From NCBI RefSeq assembly GCF_006345805.1, contig NC_043007.1:22072001-22136000 (forward strand): 64,000 nt of DNA, given 5' to 3'. The position numbers were made by a program, and so were the translations under genes. The number at the start of each line of letters is the position of its first letter. The first letter of the stretch is position 1. The stretch is from Octopus sinensis. Taxonomy: Eukaryota. Positions 1 to 13,826 of the stretch are shown here, in pieces. A model generated the notes under the pieces. That model was not told the DNA's origin. It worked only from the letters and a program-made list of their open reading frames with translations, and did not search any database.

Positions 1-979
1 AATAAAGAAATAAGAAATGTTAGCATGCCGGGCAAAATGCTTAGCGGTATTTCATCTGTCTTTACATTCTGAGTTCAAATTCCGCTGAGGTCAACTTTGC
101 CTTTCATCCTTTCGAGGTCGATAAATTAAGTACCAGTTATGCACTGGGGTCAGTGTAATCGACTTTATCCCTTGGTCTGTCCTTGTTTGTCCCCTCTGTG
201 TTTAGCTCCTTGAGGGCAATAAAGAAATAAGAATGTCAGGAATTTAATATCTCACTTGCTACAACCAGTATATAGTGTTGTCATCGTAGTCGACATTGTC
301 GTCATCATCATCATCTAATGTCTGTCTTCCATGCTAGAATGAGTTGGAAGTTTTGGTGAGAGCAGGCAAGCCAGAAGGCTGCACCAAGCTCCACTGTCTG
401 TTTTTGGTATGGCTTCCACATTTGAATGCCCTTCCTAATGCCAACCACGTTACAGAGGGAACTTAGTGCTTTTTATGTGGCATAGGCACCAGCAAGGTCG
501 GTCTGCTTTGGAATGGTTTTTTACAGCTGAATGCCCTTCCTAACGCCAACCATGTTACAGAGGGAACGGAGTGCTTTTTATGTGGCACCAGCACCGGCAA
601 GGTCTGCTTTGGTATGGTTTCCACAGCTGAATGCCCTTCCTAACTCCAACCACGTTACAGAGGGAACGGAGTGCTTTTTATGTGGCACCGGCACCAGCAA
701 GGTCGGTCTGCTTTGGAATGGTTTTTTTACAGCTGGATGCCCTTCCTAATGCCAACCACTTTACAGTGTGGACCATATGTGTCCTCAGATAAAATCAAGT
801 ACTCTGCTTACCTCAGTCTGCTCAAATCAGAACAGGTACAACACTCGGATTAGTTGGCTGAACAGCTGGTTGTAGGAGAAGTATCCATTTAAAAGGAATT
901 ACTTCCACAATTCATATGTAAATGACTAAATTTGCAAAGCAATCCTCTCCATAACAATGTAAAAATACATGTACCACCA

Positions 980-1141
980 GCCATAGTCATAGTAGTAGTA
1001 GTAGTAGTAGCTGCAGTAGTAATAGTAGTTGTAGTAATAATGATGGTAATAATTGATAATGAAAATGCCAAAACAAAAGCGTCAGTGGTAGCAGCAGCAG
1101 CAGTAGTAGTAGTAGTAGTAGCAGCAGCAATAATAATAATC
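980..1141. repeat. (AGT)/(AGC)/(AAT) trinucleotide microsatellite
   Basis: Direct inspection; source of the poly-T/V/A ORFs in the track. Confidence 0.9.
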
Positions 1142-1468
1142 AAAACTGTGGAGAGGTAGAAACAATAGGGTACCGTGATAAAATGTCTTTTAGTATTTAG
1201 TTCTACCTGTTTACATTCTTAGTTCAAATCCCACCACTATCAATTTTGCCTTCTTTCCTTCCAGGGTCGATATTCAGAAACTGGGATTGATGATTAAATT
1301 TTTTTTTCGGTTCCCTCCCCACATAATTTGTGGCCTTCTGCTGATGTTAGAAATCACCATCACCATCACCATTATTTTCGTTACTTAAATAAATAACAAC
1401 GACAACACAAATTGCATCATTTTGAGACAAATATTTGCTGCTGACCACAACCACATGGTCATCTTTAA

Positions 1469-1695
1469 CCCTTTAGCATTTAAACCGGCCATATCTGGCC
1501 AAAAGTATTCTGCCTGTTTTATGTACAAAGTGGCCGGATCTGGTCTCTCACACCAACCCTACAATATCGTTTTAAAAATTAACAGCTTCCTCATCAAAAT
1601 CTCATCGCTACAAGATTAGTTCAAAACATGATTTGTTCAAAACAATGTGGATAAAAAAGAATTAATTTTGGCAGAATAATACGAACACTAAAGGG
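1469..1695. mobile_element. piggyBac-type MITE family A (also 7494-7774, 11942-12561 SINE-interrupted, 52475-52695, 55526-55733)
   Basis: TTAA|CCCTTTAG ... CTAAAGGG|TTAA; five collinear copies. Confidence 0.85.
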
Positions 1696-2514
1696 TTAAA
1701 TAAACTAAGGCAGACGATAATGCCCTTACACAACAGGAGACATGTTGCAAATCATCTACAATTGGGGTGGATATTTACTTTACTTCCAAATGAAATAAGA
1801 GAACCTCTCTCTTAAAAAAAAAATTCTTGTGTAAATATGACAATATTTAAGAAAAAAAAAACAACTGAATTCTATGATTATAAAAAGAAACTTTTAAAAA
1901 CATATCACAATGATACATTCCAGAAGATGCAAAACATTAATTGATATAATTTTGTTTTTAACTGTGGAACTTGAAGTAGATAAAGCTATAAATAATAACA
2001 TGCAGAATATTGGGTTGGAAAACTTGCTAGGTTGAAATTATCGGGTTGAAAGTCCTCTTGGAGGGAAAAACGTCAAGGGCTACCCATGGGACGTGAACCC
2101 ACATCTTCAGTAAATGTAACAGATGTTCTATCATGGGATCAAAGCAATCCTTCAAAATCCTTTTTTCATTACAAAAGCTTTGTTCTTATAAATGAGGAAT
2201 GTGTGCCGTTTACGTTGTAAGAATTTAGAATCTTCGAGAGACATGAGTTCATTTTTAACTGTGGAACTCAAAGTAGAGAAACTATAAATAATAGATGTTT
2301 ACATGGCTAAGTGCACAGGCAAAGGCACAGCTACGTGGTAAGAAGTTTGCTTCCAAACCTTCCACCACATGGTCCTAAATTCAGTCCCATTGTGCAGTAT
2401 CTTGGGGAAGTGTCTTCCACTATAGCCTTGGGCTGACCAAAGCCTTGTGAGTGGATTTGGAAACTGTAAAGAAACCCATCATATATATTTATATATATAT
2501 ATATATATATTTTA

Positions 2515-2677
2515 GGTGCAGGAGTGGCTGTGTGGTAAGTAACTTGCTTACCAACCACATGGTTCCAGGTTCAGTCCCACTGCGTGGCAACTTGGGCAAG
2601 TGTCTTCTACTATAGCCTCGAGCTGACCAAAGCCTTGTGAGTTGATTTGGTAGACGGAAACTGAAAGAAGCCCGTTG

Positions 2678-2708
<31 letters not shown>

Positions 2709-2920
2709 GTGTATATGTTTGTGTGTCTGTATTTGTTCCCCCAACATCGCTTGACAACCGATGCTGGTGTGTTTACGTCCCCCGTAACCTAGCGGTTCAG
2801 CATAAGAGATTGATAGAATAAGTACTAGGCTTACAAAAAATATGTCCTGGGGTCAATTTGCTCAACTAAAGGGCGGTGCTCCAGCATGGCTGCAGTCAAA
2901 TGACTGAAACAAGTAAAAGA

Positions 2921-2925
<5 letters not shown>
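2515..2925 (+). mobile_element. tRNA-derived SINE family B with internal (TA/TG)n (copies near 2320-2500, 2985-3150, 10425-10800, 15060-15445, 21100-21475, 23610-23990, 31955-32110, 45476-45830, 58260-58672)
   Basis: Head ggagtggctgtgtggtaag...ggttcagtcccac; tail aagtaaaagagtaaaagag. Confidence 0.85.
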
Positions 2926-2964
<39 letters not shown>

Positions 2965-3684
2965 TTGTTGATCTTACCTTCACTGACTGTGTGCGTGTGT
3001 TTGCCCCCCATAACTTAGCAGTTTGGCAAAAGAGACCGATAGAATAAGTACTAGGCTTACAAAGAGTAAGTCCTGGGGTCGATTTGCTCAACTAAAGGCA
3101 GTGCTCCAGCATGGCCACAGTCAAATAACCGAAACAAGTAAAAGAGTAAAAAGGGAGTATAGACGTATTTTAATGTACAGAATATGTGTAGTAATTATAT
3201 CTAAGGTATACTCAGGTATTTCCAGCAGCTGCCTACGTGCCATGGGTCTACGTGAGAAGAGCTGATCGGTGACTACACAACCATGAGAGCATCAAACATA
3301 CGCAACATCAGGAAAATAGATATCATAATACTACACATACAAGCAAATACTAAAAGAACATTCGCTTGTCAACGAGAGAGCCTCTATCTGTTGCTTCCTA
3401 GAAATGACAACCAAATCTCCCTCCAGTTGTACACTACCATCTTATCTTTAACAAAAAAAAGAGAAAATGAAAACCACATCGAATAATGTAGTCTTAGTAC
3501 ACTATGTTTGTAGTAAAGATGGATGGGAAGGTCATGGATGGAATGCCTTTGATCACAGAGTTTGCTCAACTACATTGATAAAACTTCAACAATCACAAAC
3601 TTACAGAAAGAGATCAAGAGTGAATGAGAAATCACAATGGAAAATAGAATCACTGCACATTCAGCTCATTCTGTGTAAGAATAT

Positions 3685-3827
3685 ATATATGCATGTATGT
3701 ATGTGTATATATGTATATATTTGTATGTCTACATATATATGTATATATATGTATATACATATGTATGTATATATATATGTATGTATGTATATATGTATGT
3801 ATATATATATATGTATATATATATATG

Positions 3828-3858
<31 letters not shown>

Positions 3859-4046
3859 GTATGTATATATATATATGTATATATATATGTATATATATTA
3901 TATATGTATGTATATATATATATATGTAATATATATGTATATATATATATATATGTATATACGTATGTATATATATATATATGTATATACGTATGTATAT
4001 ATATATATGTATATATGTATGTATATATATATATAGTATATATGTA

Positions 4047-4082
<36 letters not shown>

Positions 4083-4672
4083 TATATATATGTATATATG
4101 TATGTGTATATATATATGTATATATGTATGTATATATATATATTATATATGTATGTATATATATATATGTATATATGTATGTATATATATATATATGTAT
4201 ATATGTATGTATATATATATATGTATATATGTATGTATATATATATATATATATGTATGTATATATATATATATATGCATGTATATATATATATATATAT
4301 ATGATATATATATATATATATATATGCATGTATGTATTATATATATGTATATATGTATGTATGTATATATATATATGTAATATGTATGTATGTATATATA
4401 TTATATATATATATGTATGTATATATATATATATGTATGTATATATATATATATGTATGTATATTATATATGTATATATGTATGTATATATTATATGTAT
4501 ATATGTATGTATTATATATATATGTATATAGTATGTATATATATAATATATATATATTATATATATATATATATATATGTATGTATATATCTGTATGTAT
4601 ATATATGTGTGCATATATATATATATGCATGTATTTATATATATATGTATGTATGTATATGTATGCATGTAT

Positions 4673-4706
<34 letters not shown>

Positions 4707-4745
4707 ATGTATGCATGTATATGTATGTATATGTATATAATTTAG
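3685..4745. repeat. (TA)n/(TATG)n compound microsatellite, ~1.06 kb
   Basis: Direct inspection. Confidence 0.97.
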
Positions 4746-5348
4746 AGAAAAACCTATTAAGCAATTCAATAATGAAAGAAATTATTCACACCGTATAGAA
4801 ACGATAAATATACTATAAAAACCTTATTCTGAAAAATCAATAAAGTACATAAACAATAAATAGTAAATAGTAGCAAATAGACTACGCACGTTTCATGGCT
4901 ATATTTTCAAATAGATAATAATAATAAAATCAATTTGACTTAAAATTAACTAATAATAAAAATTGATTAATTTCTTAGATGAACGAAAAATTAAATGTAA
5001 ACATAAGATAAATTACTTATATAATAAGTTTAGCTAACATGTGTATATATATATATAAACCCTATTTTATGTTACTAATTGTTGTAGTTATAATTTGGAG
5101 TAGTAAAATGTGTATAAATTAGTGCAAGATTATATAGTGTATATTACATGATTAGAATAAGATTAAACTAAGATGTTTAAAAAATAAATAAATTGATTAA
5201 TGAAGATAGATTAAATTATAAAAAGTTAGCTTAATTTATGTATATTATTATATACATATATGTATATGTATGTATATATATATGTAGTTATATATGTATG
5301 TATGTGTGTGTATATATATATATAGAGAGAGAGAGAGAAAGAGTTGTC

Positions 5349-5382
<34 letters not shown>

Positions 5383-5704
5383 GGAAATATGGCAACTGCT
5401 CAGCAGTTGCCATATATCTCATTTCATAACTGCCATCTCTGAAGAGCGGAGGGTTACATAATTGGACTGTTATCTAAGACTCCATTAAACACCTGGTGCA
5501 AAACCAATTGGTAAGATTGGCTGTAATGGATATATAACACTGTACATTTCAATTACTACACACACACACACACACACACACATATGGATGGTAATGGATC
5601 AAGGTAGAGAATAAGATTCCTTTAGAGAGACTGTTTGATGATCTTGTTCAGATTTTGAAATGTCATGAGCCTTACATACTCTCCTGTTAGATTGTCTATG
5701 TTTG

Positions 5705-5736
<32 letters not shown>

Positions 5737-5741
5737 TGCAT

Positions 5742-5810
<69 letters not shown>

Positions 5811-6342
5811 CAGAAAGATAGATATTACAAACACAGTTACATACATACATACATACACACACACATACATACATACATACATACATACCTACATGCATAC
5901 ATGTGTATGTCACATTTGAATGTAAGCGTGCATGAACTATTATATAATCCATCAGTTAACCAATTTAATTAATTCTTTCTTGCTTATATAAATATATAAT
6001 TAATTAGTTGAGTGAATGAAACCAGCCTGTGTTTCACGACTTACCTTCTACATACATTTTTTTCATAAAAGCTTTCAAAATTACGATTGTGATAACTTGC
6101 AGAGCCATGGATGGATGATTGGTTTCTGCCTAAAAGAACTTGAGACTCTATGATTTCTGTCCAGATATCAATGATATTTACTAAGATACCAACATAGAAT
6201 GTTTTCTGTTAAGATGCCTAGCTGTATTCTTGTGTGAGTACCTCTATGCAGCTGAACATGCCTACTGTGGTAAAATGGTTGCTGTAGGAATTAGGGATAA
6301 ATGTTCAAAGTAAGGCAAACATTCATTGGTATTTGCAAATAG

Positions 6343-6571
6343 GCGGCGAGCTGGCAGAAACGTTAGCACGCCAGGCTAAATGCTTAGCGGTATTTCGTCT
6401 GGCGCAATGTTCTGAGTTCAAATTCCGCTGAGGTCGACTTTGCCTTTCATCCTTTCGGGGTCGATAAATTAAGTGCCAGTTACGCACTGGGGTCGATGTA
6501 ATCGACTTAATACTTATGTCTGTCCTTGTTTGTCCCCTCTATGTTTAGCCCCTTGTGGGTAATAAAGAAAT
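6343..6571 (+). mobile_element. tRNA-derived SINE family A, Meta-like core (copies near 15-232, 9753-9975, 18234-18430, 29200-29425, 31655-31870, 45338-45475, 51966-52165, 52870-53100, 54955-55172, 59528-59745)
   Basis: A-box-like tggcagaaacgttag, B-box gagttcaaattcc, core gcctttcatcctttcggggtcgataaattaagtaccag, tail aataaagaaata. The Meta-domain assignment is from recollection. Confidence 0.85.
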
Positions 6572-6763
6572 AGGTATTTGCAAATGCTCACAGACAAAGA
6601 GAGAAAAAAAGGAGTTAGCCATTTTGATGTTTTCAAAATATCTTTAAAAAGGATATAGTAAAGCTTTCAGCATATAAAGGTTTTAATTTGCACTAAATTA
6701 TTGAAGTAATGAAATTAGAAAAGCTTCTGAGAAAATCTAAAGGTTATACCTCTTGGAAGTGTA

Positions 6764-7276
6764 CCATAAATCCTCGAGTATAATCCGCATTTTTTTCCCA
6801 AAATTTAAAGGTCAAAATCCCTAGTGTGTACTATATACAAGGTTAAAAATGAAAAATATTTTCTGAGCAATGTCCGAGTCTCTATTTGCTGTCCAACAAT
6901 GTTTATTCAGATGCATTTTGTGATGTCGGGCGTGAAAATACCTTAAGCTAAGCCTGAAAGCAATGAAGTCATAAAAGAATCATCCATAACTTGCAATAAG
7001 CAACATTTATTAAACATTATTACTGTTATTTCTTTATTTTCGGCAAACAAAATGCACAAAAACGCTACATGTTTGCATTTTGTTATATATACAATAATAA
7101 TAAAGGATGTTACTGTATACATTTTTACAAACCAAGGACGTTATATAGACCTCCTTGACTCAACTTAGAGAAGGGGTGCGTATTATACACAAGGTTTAGA
7201 TTTTCCAGAGGTACAGCCCCCCTAGAAATCCCCTGTGTATTATACTCAAGGGTGGACTATACTCGAGGATTTACGG
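6764..7276. mobile_element. Tc2/pogo-like non-autonomous DNA transposon, TA TSD
   Basis: TA|ccataaatcctcgagtata ... tatactcgaggatttacgg|TA TIRs; second copy at 18528-19018. Confidence 0.8.
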
Positions 7277-7493
7277 TACATATTCTTAGCATAAAACAAT
7301 ATTTGTTGGTAAATACAAAGATAGGGAGAGAAAGAAACAGTATATGGTTACAAATAATGCAATATACATACATGAACACGACATACATGAATAGAGTAGA
7401 TCAGCTCACTTTGGGTCAGTTAATAAATTCATGATAAAAATTATTATATCATTATCAGTAACAATAACAATCCCATTACTGCCACCCCTCGTT

Positions 7494-7774
7494 ACCATTA
7501 CAACAACTAATTATTTGACTGAACTCAGTTCACAGATTTTCATCATTATTTAACCCTTTAGCATTTAAACCGGCCATATCCGGCCAAAAGTATTCTGCCT
7601 GTTCTATGTTCAAACTGGCCAGATCTGGTCTCTCACACCAATCCTACAATATCGTTTTAAAAATTAACATCTGCCTCATCAAATTTTCATAGTTACAAGA
7701 TAATGCATGATTAGTTCAAAACAATGTGGATTAAAAAGTATTAATCTTGGTAGAATAATGCAAACACTAAAGGG
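7494..7774. mobile_element. piggyBac-type MITE family A
   Basis: TTAA TSD with CCCTTTAG TIRs. Confidence 0.85.
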
Positions 7775-9622
7775 TTAAAATAAATAAATCGTTTGAGGTT
7801 TAGTTTGTGAAATGTAATTTATATCTTTTATACGATTTATATTTTCTGGAATGTACAAGTTGAAGCAAATTTGTGCATCGTCATTGTTATAAATAATATA
7901 AATGTTGTACTCATATCTTAACAATACGCACATAAGTATATTTTTCAAGATTTTTTTTTTATAATGCAGATGTTGTTATCATTTAAGAGAAAGCTAACAT
8001 CTTTATTAATCTGTTTATAATCCTCACTTAAATATGTGAATGTACAAAATAAGTATTATCGGGATATGTATGTAATAAATTTAGAGGGAAACATGATTTT
8101 TCTTTTCTCTCTCTACCTCCTTACATGAAATCAATGAAACATTTAATATTTTAAAACTGTGCCTAATTAAGTCACATATCTAAATAAATAAACAAGACTA
8201 AAATTCAATTGCTGTCATTTTTTTTAATTACAGTAGAAATTATAATCATCACCGTTTAACGTCCGCTTTCCATGCTAGCATGGGTTGGACGGTTCGACTG
8301 GGGTCTGGGAAGCCAGAAGGCTGCACCAGGCCCAGTCTGATCTGGCAGTGTTTCTACGGCTGGATGCCCTTCCTAATGCCAACCACTCCGTGAGTGTAGT
8401 GGGTGTTTTTTTATGTGCCAGACGAGGCTGGCAAACGGCCACGATCGGTTGGTGCTTTTTACATGCCACCGGCATGGAGGCCAGGTGAGGCTGGCAACAG
8501 CCACGATCAGATGGTTCTTTTTACGTGCCACTGGCACGGAGGCCAGTCGGGATGGTGCTGGCAACAGCCACGTTCGGATGGTTTACATTTGCAATCGTAA
8601 AATAATTTCAAAAGAAAGTTTTCTCAGTTTTCAGCTGAAGAAACATTTAAAATTTTAATTAATGCAGGTACAACATTGGCTTTTCCAAAACGTTTGCTTA
8701 CAAAGTCATTCCATACTACTGATTTTTCCAAACCAGGTATGGTCACGCTTTAATTTAAACAAATATTAAAATTTTCTTAAATAATTAAATGAAATACAAG
8801 AAATGAAATTATTAACGCTGTGCTGTACAAGGTATTGTGAAACGAGGTCACCTGATAAATTAGTCCATCAGCCATGAGAATTTGAAGCTTCTGCTTGAAA
8901 TTTATTGCAGATTATGAGAAGTTCTGAACCATTGGGGATTGGAATGATAGCGTTGTACCTGAAATGAACATTTGTTCATATATAATAATATGAATTCTAA
9001 AGTTTTAATCAAATTCAGTTTAATTCAATTCTATTCAAAATCACTATACTATTCTAAAAATATTAAAAAAATATAGTTTAAACTTCTACAACGGATATTT
9101 TGTTGCATTTTTTTGCCAAATATGCTTATTTGCTTCTGTCAAATTTCTTCAGAAATATGTATTGCTCCTGCTTTTTTGATTCAATTATTGAAAAATATTA
9201 AATACATCTTCCTATCAAGCAACTGTCTTGACAAGTCAAGCAAATGTCTAAATTTTCAGAAGCATTAAATTTAAAAACCAAATCGTTCTTTAGAACTATC
9301 CAACATTAAGGACTACAGATGAAAAAGAATATGGTAATGTGATTTTCCAGAATATACAGTTTACAGCCAGTGGTCTTCTTTTACAGCTTAGACTGGTGAA
9401 GTTCAAAGGTCACTTTCAAATTTGTTTAAATTTCTTCTGGAATATGTGAATATTTTTAAAGTATTTTATACAGCAATTATAATAAATTTGGCTAAACACT
9501 CCTTTTTTTTCCATACATCATAATACTGTAGAAAAGAATGCTCTTTCAATTTTTTTTATTAGTCTATTTTTCAAATATCTGTTACTGTATAAGTTTGTTT
9601 TTTGTTGTTATTTTTTGTTTAT

Positions 9623-9653
<31 letters not shown>

Positions 9654-10576
9654 TGACAAAAGTGTATGCTCAATGTATATCAGTATGATTATTAATTACT
9701 ACATCATTTTAGATGACTAACCTTTTCTGCACACAATAATTTCTTGTACATAGGGCAGTGAGCTGGCAGAAACATTAGCATGCCAGGCAAAATGCTTAGC
9801 GGTATTTCGTCTGTCTTCACCGTCTGAGTTCAAATTCTGCCAAGGTCAACTTTGCCTTTCATCCTTTCGGGGTCGATAAATTAAGTGCCAGTTGCGTACT
9901 GGGGTCGATCTAATTGACTGGCCCGCCTCCCCCCATATTTTGGGCCTTGTGCCTAGAGCAAAAAAGAATAATTTCTTGTACATACATTAATCTCTTTCTG
10001 TACTAGTTTTTACATGTGTGCATGCATAACTTTGCATGTAGAGGGAACAGTGCATGAACAGTATTTCTCCTTGGATTTCGTTGCTCATACTTACAGAAGT
10101 GCATCATACACAAGTTGCATATTATATGAAAAAAAATATTGTAACTATCAACTTTTTTCAGCTTCCACCCCTCCACCTCCTCTATAAATATCACAACAAG
10201 TTATTGAACAAATATAAATACATTAGATAGAATTAGTTTAATATTTACAGTCAATATTGACTGTAAATGTTAAAGTTTAAATTGATTTCACTCATATGTC
10301 AAGATATCATGATACATTATGTTTACATTTATCTGGGGTACATTTCTCAGTGTGTGTGTGTGTGTGTGTGTGTGTATACATGTATCCAGATAAATGTGTG
10401 TGTATATATATATATATAGATAGATGTGGGAGTGGCTGTGTGGTAAGTAGCTTGCTTACAAACCACATGGTTCCAGGTTCAGTCCCACTCCGTGACACCT
10501 TGGGCAAACGTCTTCTGCTATAGCCTCGTGAGTGGATTTGGTAGGCAGAAACTGAAAGAAGCCCGTTGTATATATG

Positions 10577-10607
<31 letters not shown>

Positions 10608-10804
10608 TTGTGTGTTTGTTCTCCCAACATTGCTTGACAACTGATGCTGGTGTGTTTACATCCCCGTAACTTAGCGGTTCGGCAAAAGAGACCAATAGAA
10701 TAAGTACTAGGCTTACAAAGAATAAGTCCTGAGGTCGACTAAAGGCAGTGCTCCAGCATGGCCACAGTCAAATGACTGAAACAAGTAAAAGAGTAAAAGA
10801 TATC

Positions 10805-10859
<55 letters not shown>

Positions 10860-10867
<8 letters not shown>

Positions 10868-11161
10868 TATCGTTATATATACACACATCTATCCAGATAA
10901 ATGTTTATATATATATATATATATATATTTATATACACACACACATACACACATGTATCCAGACAAATGTTAATACGTTTTTATATATATCTGTGTGTGT
11001 ATACCTAAACATGCACTGGTAATTGGTTCCAAATTGCATGACAACTCGAAAAACGATCTAACACAAAATGGCATTTTAAAATATTTATCTTATATCTGAT
11101 TTAATAAATGATTTGTACATATTCACACTTGTATTTATTTGATTTTCTAGTTTAGTATTGG
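10860..11161 (+). repeat. Local ~300-bp direct duplication (partner 13795-14116)
   Basis: Near-identical ctggtaattggttccaaattgcatgacaactcgaaaaac...ttttctagtttagtattgg in both copies. Confidence 0.85.
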
Positions 11162-11941
11162 TTTTTAGATGTTTTTCTTTTTTATTATTTTTTTTTTATG
11201 TTTTAAAATATGTTTACCGAGACTAATATAAAGTCAGATAAATTGGTTGAAGTTGAGGTTTACTTTTTCCACTAATCTTATATTATAATAGAGAAGTGGA
11301 TCTCCATCTGTTTGTCTGTCAAAACATCTTTTAGAGAGAGGGAAAGAATGGGAGAAAGCAAAATATGTCACAATGTATTTCTAGAAGAAGGGGAGGAGAA
11401 CAATTTATTGTTGAGAGAAATTCAGTGAAAGAGAGAGAGTGTGTGTGAGAAAGATAGATTGATAGGTAGTGTTGCCACCATAGTAACTTAGTTTTGATTA
11501 AAAACACAGGAATTTTTGGCATAAGTCTGTCAACACAACACAGGTTTTAAAAAATTGCAATACATATATATATATAGTTTTGTTTTTGGTTGTTTGTGTG
11601 TGTTTGTGTTTTACAACATATAAACAGCATAGCACAGCACAGACTTTAAAAAAAGACTTTCACTTTGAACAAGTTACGTGCATGATTAACAAATATTTTT
11701 GCTAGCAGTGTTGTGATGGGCAACAACCTAGTTTCGTACAAGAAAAAGAAAAATTGATGTAAGGTCAAAAAAGATGTAACTTGAAATGATGCAGGTTGAG
11801 GTACACCACTGTTTGTGTGTGTCTTAGTTGTATTGAGCTGACAGAATCATTAGCATGCTGGGTGAAATGCTTAGTCTTTCCTCTGTCCTGACATTCTGAG
11901 TTCAAACTCTGCTGAGGTCAGTTTTGTCTTTCATCTTTTAA

Positions 11942-12561
11942 CCCTTTAGCATTTAAACTGGTTATATCCGACCAAAGTATTCTCCCCTGTTTTATGTTCA
12001 AATTGGCCATATCTGGCCTCTCACACCAGCCCTACTATATTATTCTAAAAATGAATAGTTACCTCATCAGGAGGCGCAATGGCCCAGTGGTTAGGGCAGC
12101 GGACTCGCGGTCATAGGATCGCGGTTTCGATCTCCAGACTGGGCGTTGTGAGTGTTTATTGAGCGAAAACACCTAAAAAGCTCCATGAGGCTCCGGCAGG
12201 GGATGGTGGTGATCCCTGCTGTACTCTTTCACCACAACTTTCTCTCACTCTTACTTCCTGTTTCTGTTGTACCTGTATTTCAAAGGGCCGGCCTTGTCAC
12301 TCTGTGTCACGCTGAATATCCCCGAGAACTACGTTAAGGGTACACGTGTCTGTGGAGTGCTCAGCCACTTACACGTTAATTTCACGAGCAGGCTGTTCCG
12401 TTGATTCGGATCAACCGGAACCCTTGTCGTCGTAACCGACGGAGTGCTTCCATCCAGTTACCTCATCAAAATCTCAAAGCTACAAGATGATGCAGGATTA
12501 ATTGAAAACAATGTGAATAAATAAGCATTACTTTTGACAGAATAATGCAAATACTAAAGGG
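11942..12561. mobile_element. piggyBac-type MITE family A with nested SINE
   Basis: TTAA-flanked; interrupted by the SINE at 12070-12455. Confidence 0.85.
12070..12455 (+). mobile_element. tRNA-derived SINE family C, full length, 13-bp TSD (relatives near 27245-27545, 28192-28497, 38750-39090, 51196-51470, 61880-62290)
   Basis: TSD agttacctcatca at 12057-12069 and 12456-12468; A-box tggcccagtggttag. TSDs also seen at 27235/27546 (tctgatcaat) and 28180/28498 (acacagtactaa). Confidence 0.88.
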
Positions 12562-12599
12562 TTAAGGTAACCCCAGTCACTTTACTGAAAATCAGCATC

Positions 12600-13460
12600 A
12601 TACTGTCTTCACTTTTTTCTCTACCCTCCGTCATCTTAAGTGAATTCCGCTTCTTGAAACACAGGCTGTAACTATTGCCAGTAAAGCCTCAACTTCATCC
12701 ATCTAATTCTAACACAATTCAATAAATTTTATAAACTATCCAATCATTTAACTCTGAACTTCTAAATAGCATTGTCTGCCTTGACTCAAAGTAAACCATT
12801 ATTGCTTTGATTCAGTGTAAAATACTAATGTGGGTTTGATAGATAGATCTGTTATGTACTTCCTCTTATAGCACATTTTGTCTCTTTGAAATCTTCGTTT
12901 CTATGAATCTGTATAATTTAGTGGTTTTTATCAGTTGAACCCTTTCTGATATTAAAGTGGTCTGATGATCTGAACTGCATACAGTTATTATTTGTTGACC
13001 CACCGAAAGCAAATATTTATAACCTTGTTTCTGAAATATCAATTTTAAGTGACTGTTTGTTTAATTTTTCAAGTTCAACTGCATCTTTTCCAATAAATAC
13101 AAAATCATCCAACTATTGAGGTGTAGATAATTCCAACATCAACATTCTTGGTTCCCGGTTAATTTAAACTCTTCAAAATCTGAAATCTAAATTTTATATT
13201 TTCATGATTCCGGTGATGAGACTGTAACAAGATTAAGTACTTGGATATATACTAGGCCTTTAGAACTGGTAGCAGTATTTTAGTGTTTACAAACCTCATC
13301 TAACATAATTTGAAACATTTTATCATCCATCCAATCATTTAGTTTTGAATTCAACAAATTTTATAAAGCAGCCAATTGTTTAGCTCTGAACTTCTAAATA
13401 GCATTATTTGCCTTGACTAACAGGAAATCTTTATTGCTTTGATACATTGTACAATTCTGG
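12600..13460 (-). mobile_element. Highly decayed non-LTR RT remnant with ~130-bp internal duplication
   Basis: Minus frame LDDFVFIGKDAVELEKLNKQSLKIDISETR resembles the YADD and downstream RT motifs; 12720-12850 is similar to 13350-13480. Confidence 0.4.
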
Positions 13461-13548
13461 CATAGGGTTTGATAGATCTAAAGGCGGTGCTCCTGCATGG
13501 CCACAGTCAAATGACTGAAACAAATAAAAGAGTAAAAGATATATATAT

Positions 13549-13596
<48 letters not shown>

Positions 13597-13792
13597 GAGA
13601 TAAAACCACTATTAGGCAACTCAAACAGTGATAGACATAAACCAATACATAAATAACAAAAAATATAAATATAATTAATATAATATATAAAATATAATTT
13701 GATTTAATTTAGTTTATATTTATACTGAAATTTGATTTAATCCTAAATCTAATTTTTCCCTGTAAGTTTGGAGCCATACTCCGTAATATTAT

Positions 13793-13826
<34 letters not shown>

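Noticed and set aside
3467-4798. Long Y/I/M/C/V-rich ORFs (up to 288 aa)
   Set aside because: Translations of a (TA/TATG)n microsatellite, which lacks stop codons; no coding complexity.
812-8958. Minus-strand exon-like segments 8852-8958 and 812-925 with plausible splice sites
   Set aside because: Stops in all frames and no recognisable protein; cannot be supported without transcripts.
12070-12145. SINE heads as functional tRNA genes (also 51200-51265, 27475-27545)
   Set aside because: No complete cloverleaf or acceptor stem; they continue into SINE bodies with TSDs.
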